32,000 nt of DNA from a bacterium (lineage in GTDB: Bacteria > UBP7 > UBA6624 > JBBIMK01). The notes under the pieces were generated by a model. The model did no database searches and was not told the DNA's origin. It worked only from the letters and a program-made list of their open reading frames with translations. A program made the translations under genes and the position numbers. Of this stretch, positions 26,474-32,000 are shown piece after piece. The stretch is from the NCBI GenBank assembly GCA_037444445.1, contig JBBIMK010000009.1, positions 30,001 through 62,000 on the forward strand. The letters run 5' to 3'. Numbering within the stretch: the first letter of the stretch is position 1; each line of letters begins with the position of its first letter.

Positions 26474-27833
26474 CCGTTGAACTCCCTGACGGTGTCGGCA
26501 AGGGGGAAATCCGAATGACCTCCGGCGGAGGCTGGGGAGACATTTCCGGAAATAGATTCACCAAATCCTGTGATTTCATCATTAATATCAGCGGATACGA
26601 ACGAGGTGGAAGATTCTGGATATACCACCCTTCCGCTGTCTTCTGCAGGGTAAACTGCACATCAGAGGCGAGAGCAGGATCCACGAGGGCCACAGGCACG
26701 AACCCCGGCGCCCTCGCCACAAGAATCCCTGTATCCTTTGCACCCGTACTCCAGAACACAATCGCTCCCACTCCCCCATTCAGGAAAAAGTAACTCCCGC
26801 TCCCTTCCATCGCCATCCCGGGATAAAGGATTTGATATGAAAACGGCGGATACACAGGCTTCATCCCGGCGAGGAAAGAGTTCATTGAAAGAAACATCAC
26901 ATACACAGGCCGCGGTAACCCCTCCGGAGGTAACAACCCATCCATAGAGTTCTCATCCCTGTTATGCAGCGGGTCAACGAACCACCTATCCACTCCCATT
27001 GCCGTCAAAGATACAGCAAGTCTTGCCATAGCGCTCGCTCGTTCCTCCCCGCTTCTCATATAACCCACAACCCCCAGACGCCCCACCACCACATCCTTCT
27101 TACTCCCCACCAGCCGGCGGATATAATCCACCACCCTATAAGTGCGCAAGTATGTAGAGTAATCCCAATAAGTAGAGGAAGAGAAAGGAATCACCAAAGA
27201 AATCCCGTCGGCGAAAGACAAAACCCCTCTCGCTTGAAGAGTCTCCAGGAACACCTCATCCTCACCAGATACCCCTCCCACATACACCTTCGCCAGAGGG
27301 TCAAAGGCGCGGATGGCTTGATATGCCAGCAAAAATGTCCTCCCATAAGACACAGCCAGAGGTTGAGAAAACGAAATCCCACCGATGGGACCCCCTCCCT
27401 CATCCACATTCTCAAACACCTCATACCCATAAATCAGCCACCGATACCGCTCCGCCACTCTCCCGGCAAACCGTGCGAACGCTTCCGCCCTCTCATCCCC
27501 TCCATATAGCAGGTTAGAGCCCGTTAACAGAGCCAGCACATCCAGCCCCAGGCTCCGTGCATGCTGAACCACAGGGTCATAAACTGAGAAGTCATACTTC
27601 CCCTTTATCCTTTCAATCTCATTCCACAGGATGCTCAACCGGATGGCAGAAAAGTTCCCCCTCCGTATCTCTGCCACATCCTTCTGCCAGTCTGCATCCA
27701 CCGTCACATTTACCCCGGCAGGTTCATACACCTCACCCCTCACTTCCTTCCCCTGCACCAGAAAAACCACCGCAGGGGCAATCCACTTTGCTAGATACAA
27801 AAAGGCACTTTCCTTATACTTCATACCAATCAC
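26451..27833 (-). CDS. Membrane-anchored TIM-barrel glycoside-hydrolase-like protein (clan GH-A-like; catalytic motifs not canonical)
   Basis: 460 aa with an N-terminal anchor (FLYLAKWIAPAVVFLV). IRLSILWNEIERIKGKYDFSVYDPVVQHARSLGLDVLALL resembles the beta2-beta3 region of GH5/39/42 enzymes. The expected NEP motif reads YEVFENVD. GTG 27833 overlaps the alaS TGA (GTGA). ATG 27824 is an alternative start. Confidence 0.5.
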   Translation of the reverse strand: MIGMKYKESAFLYLAKWIAPAVVFLVQGKEVRGEVYEPAGVNVTVDADWQKDVAEIRRGNFSAIRLSILWNEIERIKGKYDFSVYDPVVQHARSLGLDVLALLTGSNLLYGGDERAEAFARFAGRVAERYRWLIYGYEVFENVDEGGGPIGGISFSQPLAVSYGRTFLLAYQAIRAFDPLAKVYVGGVSGEDEVFLETLQARGVLSFADGISLVIPFSSSTYWDYSTYLRTYRVVDYIRRLVGSKKDVVVGRLGVVGYMRSGEERASAMARLAVSLTAMGVDRWFVDPLHNRDENSMDGLLPPEGLPRPVYVMFLSMNSFLAGMKPVYPPFSYQILYPGMAMEGSGSYFFLNGGVGAIVFWSTGAKDTGILVARAPGFVPVALVDPALASDVQFTLQKTAEGWYIQNLPPRSYPLILMMKSQDLVNLFPEMSPQPPPEVIRISPLPTPSGSSTGEGRAGS

Positions 27834-30481
27834 CTTCCTCCGTAAGGCGAGGGTCCCAATAGTTGAAGGAACAGAGAGTCAGCAGCGTTCTGGATGGCCA
27901 ACGAGAGAGAATCCACCTTCTTCCCCCCCGCCTGTGCAAAGTGGTCCTGACCTCCTCCCTCTCCCTGAATGATATCCCGAACCTCATGGATAATCGTGCG
28001 AGCCGACACCCCTTCCTTCATCAGATTCGGTCCTATGGCCACCACCACATACGCTTTCTTCTCGTGGACACACCCCAGTACCACCGCCTTATCCGGGTTT
28101 CTCCGGATGAACAGCCCGGCCACATCTGCCAGTTCCTTAGGGGTCACATCCTCTAATTCTTTATACCCGACAGCATTCCCAATTTTTTCCAGGTGGTCCA
28201 GAGATTCCACCAGCGTGCGGGCTTTCCATCTCTGTACCTGTTTCCGCAGCCCTTCCAGCAGGCGTTGATGTTCCAGGAATTTCTTTTCCAACGATATGAT
28301 GGGGGTAGAAAGGTGGCGGGAAAGGGCTCGGAGAATGCGGTCGGAGTGCTGAACCCACCGGAGAGCCTCCAGCCCGGTGACAGCCTCCAGACGCCGGAGC
28401 CCGGCCCCCACTCCTTCCTCGCCGGTAATCTTAAAAAATCCCACTTCATGCGTCCTGTCTAAATGGGTTCCTCCGCATAACTCCCGGGAAATTCCTTCTA
28501 CTTCCACCACACGAACCGTGCTACCATACTTCTCCCCGAACAGAGCCACCGCTCCAGAAGCCATTGCTTCTTCATACGATTTCTCCTCGGCTTTCACCGG
28601 ATGATTCTGGAAAATCCACTCGTTCACCTTTTGCTCCAGTTCCTCCAGTTGCTCCTGGGATATAGGGTGCAAAGCATGAACATCAAACCGGAGAAGGTCA
28701 GGTCCAACGAGGGAGCCAGCCTGGGTGGCGCCCTCTCCCAGCAGGTTCCGCAAGGCGGAGTGGAGAAGATGAGTGGCCGTATGAGCACGACGAATGGCCG
28801 CCCGCCGTTGCCCGTCCACTTTTGCTTCCACCTCTTCGCCTACCCTCACATCCCCGTTCAGAATTCTACCATAGTGCAGGATGGTTCCCATCTCGTGTCG
28901 GGTGTCCAGAACCTCAATCCGGGCATCCGTGAGGAGGCTTTTAATCTCGCCGGTGTCGCCCATTTGCCCCCCCGCTTCCGCATAAAAGGGCGTTACATCT
29001 AAAGCCACAATAATTTCGTCATTTTTCCGACGGATATATTGAATGTGCGCCGGGCTCTCCAGACGCTGGTAACCCACAAATTGGGACGCCCGGGGTTCCC
29101 CCGCTGCCGCCCACTCCTCAGAAGCCACCCGGTGAGCCCGGCGCCCCCTTTCCCTCTGCCGTTCCATCTCCCGCTGATACCCCTCTTCATCCACCTTCAG
29201 CCCTTGCTCTCTCGCCATCTCTATGGTCAACTCCAGCGGGAATCCGTAGGTATCGTAGAGAGCGAATGCCACCTCACCGGGAAGGGTGTCCTCCCTCAGC
29301 CCCGAAATTTTTTCCTCAAAATATCTCGTGCCTACTTCCAGCGTCCGGAAGAATGCCGTTTCTTCCGCTTCAATGGCTTTCCAGATGAGATAACTTCTCT
29401 CCCGAAAGTTCGGCAAATAAGTCATATCCATGTCAGTGGATTTCCCCACCAGGGTATTGACCCCGGTGTGGAAAAAGGGGCGGGACATTCCCATCTTCAC
29501 GCCGTAGCGGACAGCCCGTCGGATGAGCCGCCGAACCACATATCCGTGTTTCACATTGCTGGGACGGATATTCTCTGCCATGGTGAAACACACCGCCCGT
29601 AGATGGTCGGCACAAATCTGCGCCACTTTCACTCTTTCCTTCGGGTCCTTTTTCTCAAACAGGTTCAAATAATGTTGAACAAGAGGGGCCAGAAGATGGG
29701 TCTCAAATACCGAAGTATAGCCATTGACGACGGCACAAAGACGCTCCAGCCCCATGCCCGTGTCCACGCCCCGCTCCGGTAAACGCTCCAGCTTCCCCTC
29801 TCCCCGACGGTTGTATTCCATAAACACCAGGTTCCAGATTTCCAGGCTCTTCTCCTCATCTCCCGGTAGTGCCTTCTCCGTCAGGCGGTAGTATATCTCT
29901 GTGCACGGGCCACAGGGTCCGGTCTCCCCCATCTTCCAGAAATTATCCTCTTTGCCCCGAGCCAGAATCCGGTCCGCGGGAATCCCCGCTTCACGCCAGA
30001 AATCCCGACTCTCTTCATCCGCTGGAACCTCCTCATCTCCCTGAAATACGGTCACCCACAGTCGGTTCGGGTCCATCTTCAGAAATTCCGTTAGAAACTC
30101 CAGTGCCATAAATATGGCTTGAGCCTTAAAATAACTTTTGGAGCCGAAGGAAAAATTGCCCAGCATCTCAAAAAAAGTCAGGTGCCGTGGGGTGGTGCCC
30201 ACCTTCTCCACATCCGTGGTCCGTAAGCAGGGCTGGCAGGTAACGAGGCGTGGAAAAGGTGGCGCTTTTACCCCCAGATAGTATGGCTTGTATTGCGCCA
30301 TACCTGCATTGGTGAACAACAGAGAAGGGTCATCCCTGAGCACCAGTGGAGCCGGCATCTCCTCCCTGTGGTCCAGATTTTTATAGACAGGGCGGGTGCG
30401 AAAATAAACCAGAAACTCCCTCCGCAGGGTTGAAGCATCCGCCACGCTTTCTTTCGATTCAAACCGTCCTCTCTTCATCAT
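27830..30481 (-). CDS. alaS: Alanine--tRNA ligase
   Basis: 883 aa: FTNAGMAQYKPYYLG, TPRHLTFFEMLGNFSFG, GPCGPCTEIYY, DTGMGLERL, editing-domain RRAHTATHLLHSAL and CGGTHLDRT, and C-terminal DHHA1 GEGGGQDHFAQAGG. Confidence 0.97.
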   Translation of the reverse strand: MMKRGRFESKESVADASTLRREFLVYFRTRPVYKNLDHREEMPAPLVLRDDPSLLFTNAGMAQYKPYYLGVKAPPFPRLVTCQPCLRTTDVEKVGTTPRHLTFFEMLGNFSFGSKSYFKAQAIFMALEFLTEFLKMDPNRLWVTVFQGDEEVPADEESRDFWREAGIPADRILARGKEDNFWKMGETGPCGPCTEIYYRLTEKALPGDEEKSLEIWNLVFMEYNRRGEGKLERLPERGVDTGMGLERLCAVVNGYTSVFETHLLAPLVQHYLNLFEKKDPKERVKVAQICADHLRAVCFTMAENIRPSNVKHGYVVRRLIRRAVRYGVKMGMSRPFFHTGVNTLVGKSTDMDMTYLPNFRERSYLIWKAIEAEETAFFRTLEVGTRYFEEKISGLREDTLPGEVAFALYDTYGFPLELTIEMAREQGLKVDEEGYQREMERQRERGRRAHRVASEEWAAAGEPRASQFVGYQRLESPAHIQYIRRKNDEIIVALDVTPFYAEAGGQMGDTGEIKSLLTDARIEVLDTRHEMGTILHYGRILNGDVRVGEEVEAKVDGQRRAAIRRAHTATHLLHSALRNLLGEGATQAGSLVGPDLLRFDVHALHPISQEQLEELEQKVNEWIFQNHPVKAEEKSYEEAMASGAVALFGEKYGSTVRVVEVEGISRELCGGTHLDRTHEVGFFKITGEEGVGAGLRRLEAVTGLEALRWVQHSDRILRALSRHLSTPIISLEKKFLEHQRLLEGLRKQVQRWKARTLVESLDHLEKIGNAVGYKELEDVTPKELADVAGLFIRRNPDKAVVLGCVHEKKAYVVVAIGPNLMKEGVSARTIIHEVRDIIQGEGGGQDHFAQAGGKKVDSLSLAIQNAADSLFLQLLGPSPYGGR

Positions 30482-30491
30482 TACCAGAATA

Positions 30492-30500
30492 ATTATATCA
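30492..30500 (-). promoter_or_regulatory. Extended -10 element (TGaTATAAT) 10 nt upstream of the alaS ATG
   Basis: The minus strand reads ..CACCTGATATAATTATTCTGGTA-ATGATG. No SD and no convincing -35 are present. The element lies just downstream of the LptF/G stop. Pattern only. Confidence 0.3.
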
Positions 30501-30512
30501 GGTGCCGGCTCA

Positions 30513-31631
30513 TCACAGGCGAACGAGGTATGGATTTTCCCATCGGAGCGAGAGAAGAAGCGTCACCACCAGGAGAATTCCATTGGGAAGCCAGGCGGCA
30601 ATCACAGGAGACAGGGCTCCCCCCTGCCCTACCCGGATGGTTACCGTTACCAGGATGTAGTAAATGAGAGCAATCACGGCGGAGACCCCCAGTCCTATTC
30701 CAGACCCGGAACGCTCCCGGGTTACCCCCAGCGGCACCCCCAGCAAAGCAAAAACAAAACTGGCAAAAGGAATAGCCACTTTCAGGTGCAGTTGAGTTTC
30801 CCATTTTTTTACCACTTCCGGCTCTATCCCGGCGAGCTTCAGGTGTTGAATGTACCGTCGGAGTTCCCGATGAGTCATCTGCTCTGGTGCCAGGGTTTCT
30901 TTCATAGCCTCCTCCAGGGTCCTGGAGAAATCTACATTCAGGCGAGAGAAGTCCGTGTTTAGTGAGCGTCCGTCAGGGAAGAATTGAGTTAACCTTCCGT
31001 TAAAGAGTTCCCATTTTCCAGGCGAAGAGGGTTGAGCCCTTTCCGCTGTAGCCAGTTGTCCGGGTTTTCCCTGCTTATCAAATTCTATCCAGGTGATGGC
31101 GTAGAGCACGCCGCCCTGCAATTTCGTGGCGTAAATCACTCTCTGAACCACATTCCCCACCTTCTCCGGGAGAATGATATTTTCTGCTTCTACGGCTGGC
31201 TTTCGGAGGGCATCTGCTTTCACGCGTTCAAATTCCACCGCCGCCCACGGCACCAGGGTCTCGTTCAACACCAGCCCCGCCAGGCTCACGAATACACCGA
31301 AAAAGGCAAATGAACTCAGAATTTGAAAAAATCCTAACCCCGTAGCCAGTAAGGCGGTAAACTCCCCTCGGGAGGAAAGCCGATTGGCTGTTAAAAGAGC
31401 CGCCAGCAATAACCCCATGGGCAGAGAATAGGTGATTGCCTGCGGGACGCCTAACAGAAAAAGCACACCCACATAGGATATATGAACCTTATGCTCCACC
31501 AGAAGAGAAAGTAAAGGGCGCAGCAAAAGGATGGAAATCATCAGGGTGGAAAAAGCCAATACACCAAAAATGAACAGGGGAAATAATTCTGTCAGGATGA
31601 TTTTATTTTTCAGGCTGAAGTGGAATAACAT
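30513..31631 (-). CDS. LPS export ABC permease, LptF/LptG (YjgP/YjgQ) family
   Basis: 372 aa. The topology is three TM helices, a periplasmic beta-jellyroll-sized insert of about 130 aa, then three TM helices. The N-terminus reads LF.....I..E.....F.....AF. The ATG shares one base with the lptB TAA (TAATG). Confidence 0.85.
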   Translation of the reverse strand: MLFHFSLKNKIILTELFPLFIFGVLAFSTLMISILLLRPLLSLLVEHKVHISYVGVLFLLGVPQAITYSLPMGLLLAALLTANRLSSRGEFTALLATGLGFFQILSSFAFFGVFVSLAGLVLNETLVPWAAVEFERVKADALRKPAVEAENIILPEKVGNVVQRVIYATKLQGGVLYAITWIEFDKQGKPGQLATAERAQPSSPGKWELFNGRLTQFFPDGRSLNTDFSRLNVDFSRTLEEAMKETLAPEQMTHRELRRYIQHLKLAGIEPEVVKKWETQLHLKVAIPFASFVFALLGVPLGVTRERSGSGIGLGVSAVIALIYYILVTVTIRVGQGGALSPVIAAWLPNGILLVVTLLLSLRWENPYLVRL

Positions 31632-32000
31632 TAGCCAGTGGGGGCGGAAGGAGAGGGTGGCAGAGATTCCTTCGGCGCTTCCTGAAGTTCTTCCGGCACC
31701 CGAAAATGCCGACCCAGGTAGTATTCCTTGGCCACCGGGTCCTCCGCCACCTGCCGGGATGTGCCCGACAGGAGGATGCGTCCCTGGTGCATGATATACA
31801 CTCGGTCGCAGATGGCAAGAGTCTCACGAACATTGTGGTCGGTCACCAGAAGGCCCACACCCCGGCTCTCTCTCAGCCGGCGGATGATTTGCTGGAGGTC
31901 CTGGATCGCGATGGGGTCCACGCCGGTAAAGGGTTCATCCAGCAGGAGGAAGGAAGGACTGGTGGCCAGGGCCCTGGCAATTTCCACCCTCCGCCTCTCC
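31631..32000 (-). CDS. lptB: LPS export ABC transporter ATP-binding protein LptB, N-terminus off-window
   Basis: The frame is open to base 32000: ..[40 protein letters not shown]...[21 protein letters not shown]...G.IL..G. This covers the end of the ABC signature, Walker B, the D-loop and the H-loop. The ORF-track M at 31987 is an internal GTG. Confidence 0.92.
   Translation of the reverse strand, partial: ERRRVEIARALATSPSFLLLDEPFTGVDPIAIQDLQQIIRRLRESRGVGLLVTDHNVRETLAICDRVYIMHQGRILLSGTSRQVAEDPVAKEYYLGRHFRVPEELQEAPKESLPPSPSAPTG

Noticed and set aside
27830-30481. Divergent N-terminal region of AlaRS (RTRPVYKNLDHREEMPAPLVLRDD in place of the usual ..KGH..V.SSSLVP.ND) as a possible anomaly
   Set aside because: All class II, editing and DHHA1 motifs are intact and the ORF is full length. 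A short insertion in a variable loop cannot be judged unusual without an alignment.

Overview
This is a dense 32-kb chromosomal segment in which every supported gene lies on the minus strand. It holds about 27 CDS. I saw no rRNA, tRNA, CRISPR array, transposase or integrase. LptB and an LptF/G-family permease indicate a diderm bacterium. In transcription order (high to low coordinates) the content is as follows. (1) lptB (5' end off-window), an LptF/G-family permease and alaS. (2) A TIM-barrel glycosidase-like protein, a GT4 glycosyltransferase and a polyprenyl-phosphate sugar transferase. (3) A MoxR AAA+ ATPase, a DUF58 protein and a membrane transglutaminase. (4) pilB, pilT, then a sigma70-like promoter, pilC, three tandem unusually large (364-389 aa) Cys-rich GspG/pilin-like prepilins, and a strong intrinsic terminator. 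(5) A second, divergent PilT-like ATPase. (6) A GT-C-like membrane glycosyltransferase split by a frameshift at a G8 run. (7) A consensus promoter plus a CIRCE operator, groES, groEL and a hairpin. (8) A Yip1-like polytopic lipoprotein, a BON lipoprotein, three translationally coupled HtrA paralogues, and a secreted protein of unknown family that runs off the window start and is missing from the supplied ORF track. The most unusual observations are these. Only the middle HtrA paralogue keeps the His/Asp/Ser triad; the two flanking copies read T/N/L and Q/D/Q. The pilin-like proteins are very large and carry 6, 10 and 14 cysteines. A homopolymer splits the glycosyltransferase next to the pilus genes. 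All family calls come from motif recognition by eye; no database search, structure prediction or read data was available.
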